Of a DNA stretch of 64,000 nt, positions 1-10,137 are shown in pieces (position 1 is the first letter of the stretch; every line of letters begins with the position of its first letter). Under the pieces are notes generated by a model. The model searched no databases and had not been told where the DNA came from. It worked only from the letters and a program-made list of their open reading frames with translations. Location of the stretch: the NCBI GenBank assembly GCA_040290255.1, contig PSMU01000002.1:32001-96000 (forward strand), given 5' to 3'. Position numbers and translations under genes: made by a program. This DNA comes from Nitrososphaerota archaeon. Its GTDB lineage: Archaea; Thermoproteota; Nitrososphaeria; PSMU01.

Positions 1-1459
1 TTAGGCCGAAGGCCCAGGCCCCTATCGTTTCGATCGTATTGAAGCCCAGGGCTCCCTTGGTGGCCTCAAGAAGGGGATCCACCTCGGGCAGGTACGTAAA
101 GACCCGCCTCGGCATATCGAGCAGGAAGTTCATGGGGAAGAAGATGAGGTTGAAGGTGATAAAAGAGAGGAGGAAGTGAAGCTTGCCCAGCCCCTCATTA
201 TACATGCGGCCCGTCCAGCGGGGCAGGTAGAAGTAGATGGCCCCAAAGAGGCCGAAGATGCCCGCCCCCGGCATAATGTAGTGAAAGTGGCTCACCACTT
301 GGAAGGTGCCCCTGAGCTGCTGGTCTAGGAAGACGGAGGAGTCGAAAACGCCCGTAATGCCCCCAACTATGAAGAGCGCCAGGGCGCCCAATGCGAAGAG
401 CATGGGGGTTCTGAACTTTATCGCCCCTCCCACCACCGTCAGGATCGTGCATATCACTATGAGGCCCGAGGGGATGGTGTTCATCTCCGTATTGATGGTG
501 AAGAACTCCCTCTCGAAGAGGTTTATGCCCGTCAGGAACATGTGGTGGCCGTAGATCGAGTAGCTGAAGGGTATGAGGCCCAGGCCTAGGGCAAAGAGGA
601 CGACGCGCTTCGCGTAGAAGGGCCTGCCGGAGAAGGCCTGCACTATTTCGGCCACGGCGCCCAGGGCGGGCAGGACCACCACGTAGACCTCGGGATGGCC
701 AAACCACCACCACATATGAGCCCATAGGACGGAGCTGCCGCCCGGGTTAAGGAAGTACAGCGTGCCCAGCGTCCTATCGGTTAACAGCATCAGCGTTCCG
801 GCAAAGATGGAGGGGACGGAGAAGATGAGAAGCACCTGAGTAAACAGCTGGAACCAGGTGAGCATAGGCACCTTCTGCCACGTCATGCCCGGCGCCCTCA
901 TCACGAGCACTGTCGCGATGAGGTTCACGGTGCCCATGGTGAGCGATATCCAGTCCATCAGCAGGCCCAGGGCGGCGAGGCTCTCACCAGGCCCCGGCAT
1001 GAACTGAAGGCTGTTGAGCGGCGCATAGTTGGTCCAGCCCGCGGCGCCCGCGCCTCCCGGCACGAAGAAGCCCGAGAGCAGCAGCAGGCCGCCAAAGGCG
1101 TACATCCAATAGCTGAAGGCGTTAAAGCGTGGGAAGGCTACGTCCTTGGCCCCTATTTGCAGCGGGATGAAATAGTTCGCGAAGGCAAGGCCCAAGGGCG
1201 TCAGGAAGAAGAGGACCATGATTAGGCCATGCATGGAGATGGCCTGATTATAGGTGCCCCCCGTGAGCAGCGTCGTGCCGGGGTAGGCCAGCTGCGTCCT
1301 GAAGATCATCGCCAAAAGCCCGCCCACGAGCAGGTACCAGAGCGCCGTGACGAAGTAGAGCATGCCCACGTCCTTGTGGTCCGTGGTGAAGAGCCACCTT
1401 GCTATCCAAGAAACGGCCTCGCCGTATCCCTCCCTCTCCGGCTCGCGTTGCTCGTGCAT
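1..1459 (-). CDS. coxA: Heme-copper (cytochrome c) oxidase subunit I, A1 type; runs off the left edge
   Basis: Not in the ORF track (no stop in window). Manual translation from ATG 1459: MHEQREPEREGYGEAVSWIARWLFTTDHKDVGMLY..., WWFGHPEVY, IYGHHMF, VSHFHY, DMPRRV. Confidence 0.95.
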   Translation of the reverse strand, partial: MHEQREPEREGYGEAVSWIARWLFTTDHKDVGMLYFVTALWYLLVGGLLAMIFRTQLAYPGTTLLTGGTYNQAISMHGLIMVLFFLTPLGLAFANYFIPLQIGAKDVAFPRFNAFSYWMYAFGGLLLLSGFFVPGGAGAAGWTNYAPLNSLQFMPGPGESLAALGLLMDWISLTMGTVNLIATVLVMRAPGMTWQKVPMLTWFQLFTQVLLIFSVPSIFAGTLMLLTDRTLGTLYFLNPGGSSVLWAHMWWWFGHPEVYVVVLPALGAVAEIVQAFSGRPFYAKRVVLFALGLGLIPFSYSIYGHHMFLTGINLFEREFFTINTEMNTIPSGLIVICTILTVVGGAIKFRTPMLFALGALALFIVGGITGVFDSSVFLDQQLRGTFQVVSHFHYIMPGAGIFGLFGAIYFYLPRWTGRMYNEGLGKLHFLLSFITFNLIFFPMNFLLDMPRRVFTYLPEVDPLLEATKGALGFNTIETIGAWAFGL

Positions 1460-1460
1460 G

Positions 1461-2120
1461 CTAGCTCCCATCCCCGCCCATCAGAAGCGCGAACTGCGCC
1501 TGGCTCACCACGCTCAGCCTGGCTATCATGGTCGCGTGGCCCGCGCCGCAGAGCTCAAAGCACTGAATGGTGAAGTTCTGGCCCACCAGCGATGCCGGCG
1601 CGATGAACCATACGGTATTGAACCTGCCCGGTATGGCGTCGGTCTTGAGCCTGAAGTAGGGGATGCCGAACTGATGATAAACGTCGGAGGAGGTCACGTT
1701 GAGGATGACGGGCACCCCGGCGGGCACGATGAGCAGGTTCTGAAGGGTTTGGCCGTTGGGGTAGGTGAAGTTGAAGTAGAACTGATGGCACGTTACGCGT
1801 ATGATCTCCGCCTTGGCCGAGGAAGGAGGCGTCTCATATATGACTATGGCGCTCACGGTCTCGAGCCCCACCGCCAAGAGCACTAAGCTCATGAGCACAA
1901 TGACGATTATGGGCCCCCTCCAGTTATTCCTGTCCTCCCGCATCTTCTCCTCGGGAGGGACATCTTTATCGCCCTTGGCCCTATACCTGAGCAGGACGTA
2001 AAGGAAGACCCCGAAGGTGGTGAGGCCCGCGATCCAGCCCAAGATGGCATACCATGCATAGACGGAATACCAGAGGTCTCGTGAAAACGGAAGCGCCTCT
2101 AGGGGGGCTTCCGCCTGCAT
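1461..2120 (-). CDS. coxB: Cytochrome c oxidase subunit II (CuA)
   Basis: Two TM helices, DVYHQF and the CFELCGAGHATM CuA motif; directly upstream of subunit I. Confidence 0.95.
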   Translation of the reverse strand: MQAEAPLEALPFSRDLWYSVYAWYAILGWIAGLTTFGVFLYVLLRYRAKGDKDVPPEEKMREDRNNWRGPIIVIVLMSLVLLAVGLETVSAIVIYETPPSSAKAEIIRVTCHQFYFNFTYPNGQTLQNLLIVPAGVPVILNVTSSDVYHQFGIPYFRLKTDAIPGRFNTVWFIAPASLVGQNFTIQCFELCGAGHATMIARLSVVSQAQFALLMGGDGS

Positions 2121-2129
2121 TATGGGGCG

Positions 2130-2984
2130 CTACAGCGCGATGCGTATAAGCTTTTGCCTAACGTATTCGAGGCCGGAGCCGCGCGAGCCCGGCGCCCACT
2201 GCCGGCGCGTCGAGGCCCTTGCCGCCCTCGCCAACTTCCAGAGCAGCACCCCGCCAAGCCCGGCCGCGCCCAAGAAGAGCGCCACTTCGGCCACATACAC
2301 GGCCGTAGGAGGCCTGGCGGCGCTGAGCCCCAGGTCCGAGGAGCGGTCGGAGAGGTAAAGCAGGCCGCTGTAGGAGGATATGCCGAGTTGGGCGAGCAGG
2401 GGATCGCCCGAGAGCGTGCCCACAAGCTCCAGGAGCAGGCCCAGGCTTCGGTCGAAGAAGGCTAAGAGCGTCGCGCTTCTTCCTCCAACTCCCGAGCTGG
2501 CCTCCAGGGCCATCGAGCTGTAGGAGCCTCCGCCCCCAGGGGGGCTGAGCGTGGCCCCATATAGGCTGAGGAGGCTAACATTGAGGCCGCTCTTCAGCAG
2601 CGAGGAGAGCTGGCTTGCGTTCCGGAGGACCGAGGGCGAGAGGAGGAAGATGGAAGGCCTTCCTTCCACGCTAAGCCCCCAGGGCGTAAGCCTGGCGGTG
2701 AAGCTCCTGGCCCGCGTTACGTTTATGCTTCCACCGGGCGATAGCGCTCGAAAGGTCGCGTCAACCCTTACAAGCTCTCCGCCCAGGGGAGTGTAGAGCA
2801 GGCGAAGCTGGGGCCTCGGCAGGGCCATGGACGCGGAGCCGTTCAGCTGCACCGTGGGCCCGGGCGAGGTCATATCGCTGTACACTACGTAGAAGGGCCG
2901 CCGCGGCTCCTGGCCCAGGGCCCCGCCCTGCGCAATTATCAGCAGGCTCAAGCATAGCAGAAGCCTCAGCAGCCCGCGCATCAT
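2130..2984 (-). CDS. Hypothetical secreted/membrane-anchored protein, probably co-transcribed with coxBA
   Basis: N-terminal signal-like segment, C-terminal TM helix, 9 bp gap to coxB. Confidence 0.6.
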   Translation of the reverse strand: MMRGLLRLLLCLSLLIIAQGGALGQEPRRPFYVVYSDMTSPGPTVQLNGSASMALPRPQLRLLYTPLGGELVRVDATFRALSPGGSINVTRARSFTARLTPWGLSVEGRPSIFLLSPSVLRNASQLSSLLKSGLNVSLLSLYGATLSPPGGGGSYSSMALEASSGVGGRSATLLAFFDRSLGLLLELVGTLSGDPLLAQLGISSYSGLLYLSDRSSDLGLSAARPPTAVYVAEVALFLGAAGLGGVLLWKLARAARASTRRQWAPGSRGSGLEYVRQKLIRIAL

Positions 2985-3094
2985 AAATTTCCGCGGGGCC
3001 TGGCCAACATAAGGCTTCCGCGCGTATTTCGAACTCGATATCGAGCTCGATAGCCAGCCTTAAGTGCTCGTTCCCCCCAAGGCCCTGGGGGCCC

Positions 3095-3412
3095 TTGCCC
3101 AGGCTGCGCGTCATCAAGGTGCTCGAGGGGGAACGCGAGGCCAAGACGATACCGCTCACGGAGCAGGATGTGAAGGGCTCCCCCTTGCTGAGGCGCATCA
3201 TAGAGGAGGGCGATCGCTACTTTAGGAAGATGGAGGATAGGCTGGGCGCGTGGTTCTCCCCGCCCACCATCTCCGTCGCGGAGAGCGACATCGAGCAGCT
3301 GGAGCAGCTTGGCCTACAGCGATGGCAGCTCGGCATGTCCAACATCCTCTGCCTCCACTATAATGACTGCTTTTATCTGGTGTGGATAGAGGGGCACGCG
3401 AAGTACAAGTAG
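3095..3412 (+). CDS. Hypothetical protein
   Basis: 105-aa ORF filling the intergenic space, protein-like composition, TTAAG element upstream. Confidence 0.55.
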   Translation: MPRLRVIKVLEGEREAKTIPLTEQDVKGSPLLRRIIEEGDRYFRKMEDRLGAWFSPPTISVAESDIEQLEQLGLQRWQLGMSNILCLHYNDCFYLVWIEGHAKYK

Positions 3413-3431
3413 GCTCGGCAACGCATATATC

Positions 3432-4277
3432 GTGGGCGCGCCGCATGATATTATGCCCAGGCCCGGCCTCAGCGTTGCGGCCGCGCTCGTCGCCTTGGGC
3501 CTAGGCTCCTCGCTTCTGGCCATGCTGTGGTGGTGGCTGGTGCAGCGCGAGCTGGCGCTTCTTGTCGGCGATATGGCCCAGCAGCTGAGGGCCCTGGCCC
3601 TGGCCTTCGCCTTTTCGTTCATGGCCTCGCTGGGCAGCCTTGCGCTGGGGCTCGCGCTATTGCGGCGCTACATCAGGGGGGCCAGGCACTCGTCGCCCGA
3701 GCTGAATGTGCTTGCCCTGGCGCTGGGGGATGGCGCATCCTCCAGGCTGGGCGCGCTCATGGCAGCTGTGTACGGATTCCTCTACGCCTACTTCACTGGC
3801 CTCATCGTGATAAGGCCGGGCATCGACTTCGCGGCCACATACGGCTATGCTGGCCCCACGTGGTTGGCCACGCCCTGCTGCGGGCCCTTCGGCTCCGTGC
3901 CCACCTTCATAATAGCCCTGCCGGCGCTGGACACCGGCTTTGTGCTGGTGCCCCTCAACCTGCTGCTGTTCGCGCTGCTGGCCTATCTGGTGAGCATAAA
4001 CGCTACATCGCTGGCCTATGCGCTGAGGGCGAGCAGGGGCGTCAAGGGGGGCTGGCTCGCTTCCCTAGGCGCGGCCCTGGGCCTCGCGGCCGGCTGCCCC
4101 AGCTGCGCCTCGCTCATGGCGACTTGGTTCCTAGGGAGCTTGGGCGGGACGCTGGCTGGCCTCGTGATCGGCCAGCTCTGGGCGCCGCTCATCCTTGCCT
4201 CGCTGCTCCCCCTCATCCTCTCTCCCTATCTCGCGGCCAGGGCCCTGCTGAAGAGCGGGGCCTGTAGGCTAGGCTAA
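3432..4277 (+). CDS. Polytopic membrane protein with PCCG and GCPSC motifs
   Basis: About 6 hydrophobic segments; Cys motifs ATPCCGP and AAGCPSCA. Confidence 0.7.
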   Translation: MGAPHDIMPRPGLSVAAALVALGLGSSLLAMLWWWLVQRELALLVGDMAQQLRALALAFAFSFMASLGSLALGLALLRRYIRGARHSSPELNVLALALGDGASSRLGALMAAVYGFLYAYFTGLIVIRPGIDFAATYGYAGPTWLATPCCGPFGSVPTFIIALPALDTGFVLVPLNLLLFALLAYLVSINATSLAYALRASRGVKGGWLASLGAALGLAAGCPSCASLMATWFLGSLGGTLAGLVIGQLWAPLILASLLPLILSPYLAARALLKSGACRLG

Positions 4278-4282
4278 GAGGC

Positions 4283-4289
4283 AAAAAAA
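4283..4289 (-). terminator. Oligo-T archaeal terminator of the TRAM gene
   Basis: A7 run on + (T7 on -) about 15 nt after the TRAM stop codon. Confidence 0.5.
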
Positions 4290-4304
4290 GAGAGTGGTTG
4301 TAAG

Positions 4305-4556
4305 CTAGGTGGATTGCGCTGCCTGGACGACCTCTCCCACCGCAAAGCGGGGGGCCACGTTGGTGATCTTGATGTGCACCTTCTGGCCTGGCTTCGTGTT
4401 GGGCACGAAGATGACGAAGCCCCTTATGCGGGCCACGCCATCCCCCCTCCTGCTGACTTCGACGATTTCAACGTCGTATTCTTGGTCCTTCTCCACCGGC
4501 TTGGGCCCAAAGAAGGAAGGGCCCCTTCGCATCCCGAACCTACCTTCGTCGCTCGT
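4305..4556 (-). CDS. Single TRAM-domain RNA-binding protein (archaeal cold-shock-type chaperone); start uncertain (ACG 4556 or ATG 4532)
   Basis: PKPVEKDQEYDVEIVEVSRRGDGVARIRGFVIFVPNTKPG is typical of stand-alone archaeal TRAM proteins. Confidence 0.9.
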   Translation of the reverse strand, partial: TSDEGRFGMRRGPSFFGPKPVEKDQEYDVEIVEVSRRGDGVARIRGFVIFVPNTKPGQKVHIKITNVAPRFAVGEVVQAAQST

Positions 4557-4636
4557 TCTCGTACACCTCGTCCGTTGACAGAGTACCACGCCCTCCCCTT
4601 ATAAACGTATTGGCCCCTTCACATGAGGGAAGAGGC

Positions 4637-5539
4637 ATGAGGGGCTACCTGGCCTGTGATATAGGGGCCTCGGCCCTGCGCGTGGGCTTCTTCGATGAAG
4701 AGGGAAGGCTCGTGCGCTGGCGAAGGCATAAGCTCCCACCCTCGCTGCGAAGAGGGGAGTTCGAGAGGCTCCTGCTGGGCGCGCTGAAGGACATCTTGGG
4801 GAAGGACGTGGCGCATGCCGTGGGGATAGGCTCCGTGGGGCCCCTAGATCAACAGAGGGGCGAGCTGCTGGGGCCGGTGAACCTCAAGGTGGGGAGGCTT
4901 AACCTGAGGGCGCTGATCGAGCGCGGGCTCGGCCTCGGCCTCTCGCTTCTGAACGACTGCAAGGCGGCCGCGCTGGGCGAGTTTCATTGGGCCTGGAGGG
5001 CGAGGGGATACAGGTTTCTGGTCTACGTAGGCATAGGCACGGGCATAGGAGGGGGGGTAATAGAGGACGGCAGGCTGCTGCTGGGAAGGAGGGGGAATGC
5101 CAGCGAGGTGGGGCACATGACGCTGGTCAGGGATGGCAGGCCCTGTGGCTGCGGCGGCAGGGGACACTGGGAGGCCTACTGCTCGGGCCTGAACCTCCCG
5201 CTCTACTTCGCGGAGTGGTCAGCGGGCGCAAGGGCCTATGCCGGCGCCCGAGAGCTCCTGCAGGCCGCGAAGCGAGGCGAGCCGAGCGCGCAGCGCTTTA
5301 TCGAGCACATCAAGGACCTCAACGCCTTGGCGCTCTCGAACCTCTGCAACCTCTACGACCCCGAGCTCATAGTGCTGGGAGGGGGCGTGATGAGGGGCAA
5401 TGCGCGCCTTTTGCTCAGGGGCCTTAGGGACAGGATGAGCGGCGTGCTGGCGGGGAGGGTGGGCATCAGGCCCAGCGCCCTGGGCGAGCTCGCCGTGCTC
5501 AGGGGCGCGATCGTGCCGCTGCTGAAAGGAAGCCAGTAG
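4637..5539 (+). CDS. ROK-family sugar kinase (glucokinase-like)
   Basis: DIGAS, LNDCKAAALGE, GTGIGGG, EVGH, CGCGGRGHWE motifs. Confidence 0.9.
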   Translation: MRGYLACDIGASALRVGFFDEEGRLVRWRRHKLPPSLRRGEFERLLLGALKDILGKDVAHAVGIGSVGPLDQQRGELLGPVNLKVGRLNLRALIERGLGLGLSLLNDCKAAALGEFHWAWRARGYRFLVYVGIGTGIGGGVIEDGRLLLGRRGNASEVGHMTLVRDGRPCGCGGRGHWEAYCSGLNLPLYFAEWSAGARAYAGARELLQAAKRGEPSAQRFIEHIKDLNALALSNLCNLYDPELIVLGGGVMRGNARLLLRGLRDRMSGVLAGRVGIRPSALGELAVLRGAIVPLLKGSQ

Positions 5540-5572
5540 AAGCATTATAAGAGCGGGCTGAGCCGCGGGCCC

Positions 5573-6346
5573 ATGGAGGGCTACTCTTACGTCATCATCG
5601 AGAAGGAGGGACGTGTGGCGACGGTGAGGCTGAACAGGCCTCACGTGCTAAACGCCCTAAGCCTGGAGCTGCTGGGCGAGATAGCGAGGGCGCTCAACTC
5701 GCTGGAGCGGGAGGGACAGATAGGGGCCGTAGTGCTGACGGGCGATGAAAGGGCCTTTTCATCGGGCGCCGACGTAAAGGAGCTGAGCCAGAGGGGCCTG
5801 AGGGAGCTGCTCACGGAGGGCAGGGAGCGCCACTGGGCGGCCATAAGGTCCTTCAGCAAGCCCCTGATAGCGGCGGTGAGCGGCTACTGCGTGGGAGGCG
5901 GGCTCGAGCTCGCCCTCTGCTGCGACCTGATCGTGGCCTCGGAGGAGGCGCTCTTTGGGCAGCCCGAGATAGGCCTGGGCCTCATGCCCGGCGCGGGGGG
6001 CACGCAGAGGCTCGTAAGGGCCATAGGGAGGAATAGGGCAATGGACCTCGCGCTCACGGGCAGGCTCATAGGGGCCAGGGAGGCGTACCAGATGGGGCTG
6101 GTGAGCAGGGTGGTTCCCAAGGAGCTCTATCTTGAGGAGGCAAAGAGGCTGGCCGCGCAGCTCGCAGCCTTTCCGTCCCTGGCGCTGCTCTTCGTAAGGC
6201 AGGCGGTTGACAGGGCACTCGACCTGCCGCTCGAGGCCGGGCTAGAGTATGAAAGGAGGGCCTTCTACCTGCTCATGGCGCTCGAGGAGGCCCGTGAGGG
6301 GCTCAGGGCCTTCTTGGAGAAGAGGGCGCCCCGCTTTCAGGCATGA
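5573..6346 (+). CDS. Enoyl-CoA hydratase (PaaF-like crotonase)
   Basis: AFSSGADVKE, GGGLELALCCD, FGQPEIGLGLMPGAGGTQRL. Confidence 0.9.
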   Translation: MEGYSYVIIEKEGRVATVRLNRPHVLNALSLELLGEIARALNSLEREGQIGAVVLTGDERAFSSGADVKELSQRGLRELLTEGRERHWAAIRSFSKPLIAAVSGYCVGGGLELALCCDLIVASEEALFGQPEIGLGLMPGAGGTQRLVRAIGRNRAMDLALTGRLIGAREAYQMGLVSRVVPKELYLEEAKRLAAQLAAFPSLALLFVRQAVDRALDLPLEAGLEYERRAFYLLMALEEAREGLRAFLEKRAPRFQA

Positions 6347-7143
6347 GCGCCGCTTATTCCCTCCTCCTCTACGAGCGGGAAGGGGGCATCGCCAAGATTA
6401 CGCTGAACAGGCCCGAGAGGCTCAACGCTCTGAACGAGCCCCTCCTCAAGGAGCTGAACCAGGCCCTGAGGCAGGCCTCGGAGGATAGGGAGGTGAGGTG
6501 CATCGTGCTCACTGGCGCGGGCCGCGGGTTTTGCGTGGGCGCGGACATACAGGAGCTGAGGCAGAAGTATGAGCGAGGCGAGGCGGTCTCGCTGGGCCAG
6601 AACCTGCGGCTGCTCTTTTCGCCCCTAATAGAGAGGATAAGGCGCGCTGAGAAGCCCGTGCTGGCCCTCATCAACGGCCCCTGCGCGGGCGCCGGGCTCA
6701 GCATGGCCCTGGCCTGCGACGTCAGGATAGCCTCCGAGGAGGCCAGGTTCGTGATCGCCTTCACGAGGATAGGTCTGGTGCCCGACAGCGGAGCCAGCCT
6801 CCTGCTGCCGCTTCACCTTGGCCTGGCCAGGTCTACGCACCTCATCTTCACCTCAGGGCAGTTGAGCGCGCGGGAGGCCCTGGAGCTGGGCCTCGTGGCA
6901 AGGGTGGTGCCTCCCGAGGCCTTGGCGCAGGAGGGCATGGATTATGCCAGGCAGTTGGCCAGCGGCCCCACGAAGGCGCTCGCCTATACCAAGCGCCTGC
7001 TCAACGCCGCCATCATGCCCCAGCTGGCCCAGCTCTTCGAGCTCGAGGCCCATTACCAGGAGCTTGCCTCAAGGACGGAGGACCATGCCGAGGGCCTAAG
7101 GGCCTTCTTCGAAAAGAGGGAGCCGCGCTTCAAGGGCTCGTGA
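6343..7143 (+). CDS. Enoyl-CoA hydratase/isomerase (PaaG-like)
   Basis: GFCVGADIQE, GAGLSMALACD, FTRIGLVPDSG; ATGA overlap with the upstream crotonase. Confidence 0.88.
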   Translation: MSAAYSLLLYEREGGIAKITLNRPERLNALNEPLLKELNQALRQASEDREVRCIVLTGAGRGFCVGADIQELRQKYERGEAVSLGQNLRLLFSPLIERIRRAEKPVLALINGPCAGAGLSMALACDVRIASEEARFVIAFTRIGLVPDSGASLLLPLHLGLARSTHLIFTSGQLSAREALELGLVARVVPPEALAQEGMDYARQLASGPTKALAYTKRLLNAAIMPQLAQLFELEAHYQELASRTEDHAEGLRAFFEKREPRFKGS

Positions 7144-7180
7144 GGCACAGCCTTTAATACTCGCCCTGAGCGTTCGGCAA

Positions 7181-7714
7181 GTGCTGCCCCTGCTGGGCCT
7201 GCTCCTCGAGCTGAGGCTGCTGAGGCCGCTGCCCGAAGCCGCGGCGGGTCTGCTGCTGCTCATAGTGGGCCTGGCCTTTGCCTTTGCGGGAGGCGCCCTG
7301 GTCAAGGGCCTCGTCTTCCTGGGCGCGGGGCTGGTGGGCAGCGCCGTAGCGGTGGCGCTGCTGTTGCCCTACCTTCCGGGCCTGCTGCTGATACCCGTAT
7401 GGGTCGTTGGCTTCCTGCTCGGGGGCCTCCTCTCGCTCCTCTTCCTTCCCTTGGGCGTTGGGCTGCTCTTAGGATATATGGCATACTGGCTCGCGGCCGC
7501 CCTGGGCCTCGGCATCTTCCTTTCTTTGCTCGTGGGAGGATTGCTCTTCCTGGCCGGCCTCTTCTCCACTCGACAGGTGCTGGGCCTCGTGACGGCCGCG
7601 GTGGGAGGGCTGCTCACCATGAACGCGCTCCTCCTGCTCTCTAGCCCCGCCTGGCTCGCCGCCCTCCTGGGCCTGGCGGTGGGAATAGGGGGGCTCTTGG
7701 CCCAGCTGCGCTAG
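7181..7714 (+). CDS. Very hydrophobic Gly/Leu-rich membrane protein (DUF4203-like)
   Basis: About 6 TM segments; TTTAATA box ~22 nt upstream. Confidence 0.65.
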   Translation: MLPLLGLLLELRLLRPLPEAAAGLLLLIVGLAFAFAGGALVKGLVFLGAGLVGSAVAVALLLPYLPGLLLIPVWVVGFLLGGLLSLLFLPLGVGLLLGYMAYWLAAALGLGIFLSLLVGGLLFLAGLFSTRQVLGLVTAAVGGLLTMNALLLLSSPAWLAALLGLAVGIGGLLAQLR

Positions 7715-8098
7715 TAGTCCCCCAGCACGCGGACCCTTATGATGACTCTCCTCTCATCCCGTTGGGCACCCCATGGCCTGCCGGTGTACTTCTTGGAGAG
7801 CAGGTCTATGCGCCGCTGAGCCTCCTCTCGTTGATAAAATCGGCGGCATGCCCCTTCAGCGTCACCTACTCACACGGGTTCTTCTCGCTGAGGACGCAGA
7901 GGGCCACCCTAGGATCCCTCCTGGCGTTCCTCTCCTTGACGCGGCCCACCCTCGTATTGGCAACACCGCGCCGTCCTCAGCGAGGTCCACCCAGACGGGC
8001 GTGGTATGGGGCCAGCCATTGCGCCCCAGCGGCGCGAGGAAGCCGAAATTCCTGTCCAGGAGAAGCCCTCTGGCCCTTTCGGAAATGCTGCTCGCCAT
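7711..8098 (-). pseudogene. Disrupted PPOX-class F420-dependent oxidoreductase
   Basis: Stitched frames give ...NFGFLAPLGRNGWPHTTPVWVD.../NTRVGRVKERNARRDPRVALCV...NPCE*VTLKG.../EAQRRIDLLSKKYTGRPW...RRVIIRV; two frameshifts plus an in-frame TAG at 7866-7868. Confidence 0.85.
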
Positions 8099-8180
8099 AT
8101 CCCTGCCTTGCCCGCCGGCTTAAGGGCTCAACTCTTGGCCAGCCGCCAAAACCCTTAAACGGCCGCGCGCTCTTAAAGCG

Positions 8181-9203
8181 ATGTTGCAGAGGCCCGTAGG
8201 AGGCTTTCCGAGGAGCAGGCCCAGGAGGCTTCGCGCAAGCGCCCTTCTCAGGAATCTGGTGGCTGAGAGCAGGCTCTTGCCAGGGCAGCTCATCATGCCG
8301 CTCTTCGTCAAGGAGGGGCTCACGGGCAGGCAGCCCATCCCCTCCATGCCGGGCCAGGAATGGTACTCCCCGGAGGAGCTGGTGAAGGAGGCATCCTCGC
8401 TCCTGGAGCTGGGCATAAGGGCCGTGCTGCTCTTCGGTGTGCCAAGAAGCAAGGACGCGCTGGGCTCTCAGGCATATGCCGAGGACGGCATCGTGCAGAG
8501 GGCGGTAAGGGCCCTGAAGAGGGAGCTGGGCGAGCAGCTCATCGTGATGACGGACGTGTGCCTGTGCCAGTATACGAGCACGGGCCACTGCGGGCTCGTG
8601 GTGGAGAAGGCAGGGAGGGCCATCGTGGATAATGATACCACGCTTCCCGTCCTGGCCAGGGTGGCCGTGAGCCATGCCCGCGCGGGCGCGGATGTGGTCT
8701 GCCCCTCCGACATGATGGACGGCAGGGTGGGCGCGATAAGGCAGGCCCTGGATGCGGAGGGCTTGCAAGGCGTGGCCATCATGGCCTACTCGGCCAAGTA
8801 CGCCTCTTGCCTCTATGGACCCTTCAGGGAGGCCGCGGGCTCCGCGCCCGTCTTCGGCGACCGCCGCTCCCACCAGATGGACATCAGGAACGCCCGGGAG
8901 GCGGTGAGGGAGGTGGCCCTGGACGTGGGCGAGGGGGCTGACATAGTAATGGTGAAGCCCGCGCTCTGGTACCTCGACGTCATAAGGCTCGTCAGGAGGA
9001 GCTGCCCCCTCCCTCTGGCCGCGTACAGCGTAAGCGGCGAGTATGCTATGATAAAGCTCGCCGCGGGCGCGGGGCTCCTGCAGGAGGACAGGGCCATCTA
9101 TGAAGCCCTTCACTCCATAAGGAGGGCGGGCGCCGACCTCATCATCACCTACTTCGCCAAGGACTACGCGAAGCTCTACCGCGCGGGCTTCTCGCCCTTC
9201 TAG
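8181..9203 (+). CDS. hemB: Porphobilinogen synthase (ALA dehydratase)
   Basis: [47 protein letters not shown]. Confidence 0.97.
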   Translation: MLQRPVGGFPRSRPRRLRASALLRNLVAESRLLPGQLIMPLFVKEGLTGRQPIPSMPGQEWYSPEELVKEASSLLELGIRAVLLFGVPRSKDALGSQAYAEDGIVQRAVRALKRELGEQLIVMTDVCLCQYTSTGHCGLVVEKAGRAIVDNDTTLPVLARVAVSHARAGADVVCPSDMMDGRVGAIRQALDAEGLQGVAIMAYSAKYASCLYGPFREAAGSAPVFGDRRSHQMDIRNAREAVREVALDVGEGADIVMVKPALWYLDVIRLVRRSCPLPLAAYSVSGEYAMIKLAAGAGLLQEDRAIYEALHSIRRAGADLIITYFAKDYAKLYRAGFSPF

Positions 9204-9207
9204 CGCG

Positions 9208-10137
9208 ATGAAGCTGAGGGTGGGCACGCGCGGCAGCGCCCTGAGCCTGGCCCAGACGGAGGAGGCGCTGCGCCTGCTGAGGGCCTCTCATCCCGATCTG
9301 GAGGTTGAAGTAAGGGTGTACAGGACGCATGGGGACCAGGACGTCAAGACGCCGCTCTACCTTATGCCCATGAAGGGCGTCTTCGAGAAGGCCATAGATG
9401 AGGCCCTGCTCAGGGGCGAAATAGACGTAGCCGTGCACAGCATGAAGGACTGCCCCACCGATCTCCCCGAAGGGATAGCCATCGCCGCCGTGCCCCCGAG
9501 GCGCTCCCCTCACGATGTGCTCATCTCAAGGCGAGAAGAGGGCCTGGCGGAGCTTCCTGAAGGCGCAAGGGTGGGCACCAGCAGCCCGAGGAGGGTGGCC
9601 TTTCTCCGCCACCTGAGGCGGGACCTGCGCATCGAGCCGATCAGGGGCAACGTGGACACCAGGCTTCGCAAGCTGAGCGACATGGGCTACGACGCGCTGG
9701 TGCTCGCCGAGGCGGGCCTGCAGAGGCTGAGCGCAAAGCCGCGGTATCAGGTGCTCGCCAAGGATGAGTTCGTGCCGGCCTGCGGGCAGGGGGCCCTGGC
9801 CGTCGTGTGCAGGTCGGATGATCATGGGATAAGGCGCCTTCTCGCTTCCATAGACCACGCGCCCTCCAGGTTTGAGGTGGAGGCGGAGAGGGCCGTGCTG
9901 AAGCACCTGCGGGCGGGCTGTAGGACGCCGCTCGGCATCAACTTCGAATACGGCGCAGGGTCGGCCCTGGGCCGGCTGATGATGGTCTCGCCCGACTACC
10001 GAGGCCGGGTCCTGGCCAAGGTGAGGGTGGAGGCCAGCAGCCCTGAGCGCGCGGCGATGGAGCTGGTGAGGGCCTTTGAGGGGCTGGGGGGCATGAAGCT
10101 CTTTGAGGCCTGGAAGGGCCTGGAGGGCGCTCCATGA
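9208..10137 (+). CDS. hemC: Hydroxymethylbilane synthase
   Basis: GTRGSALSLAQ, AVHSMKD, GTSSPRR, IRGNVDTRL, AGCRTP. Confidence 0.96.
   Translation: MKLRVGTRGSALSLAQTEEALRLLRASHPDLEVEVRVYRTHGDQDVKTPLYLMPMKGVFEKAIDEALLRGEIDVAVHSMKDCPTDLPEGIAIAAVPPRRSPHDVLISRREEGLAELPEGARVGTSSPRRVAFLRHLRRDLRIEPIRGNVDTRLRKLSDMGYDALVLAEAGLQRLSAKPRYQVLAKDEFVPACGQGALAVVCRSDDHGIRRLLASIDHAPSRFEVEAERAVLKHLRAGCRTPLGINFEYGAGSALGRLMMVSPDYRGRVLAKVRVEASSPERAAMELVRAFEGLGGMKLFEAWKGLEGAP

Noticed and set aside
7866-7868. TAG as pyrrolysine or readthrough recoding
   Set aside because: The gene also has two frameshifts and no pyl genes are visible.
7977-9227. 416-aa minus-strand ORF, and similar long antisense ORFs such as 42278-43222, 47554-48579 and 39181-40083
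   Set aside because: Shadow frames of well-supported genes, expected at this GC content; no recognisable motifs.
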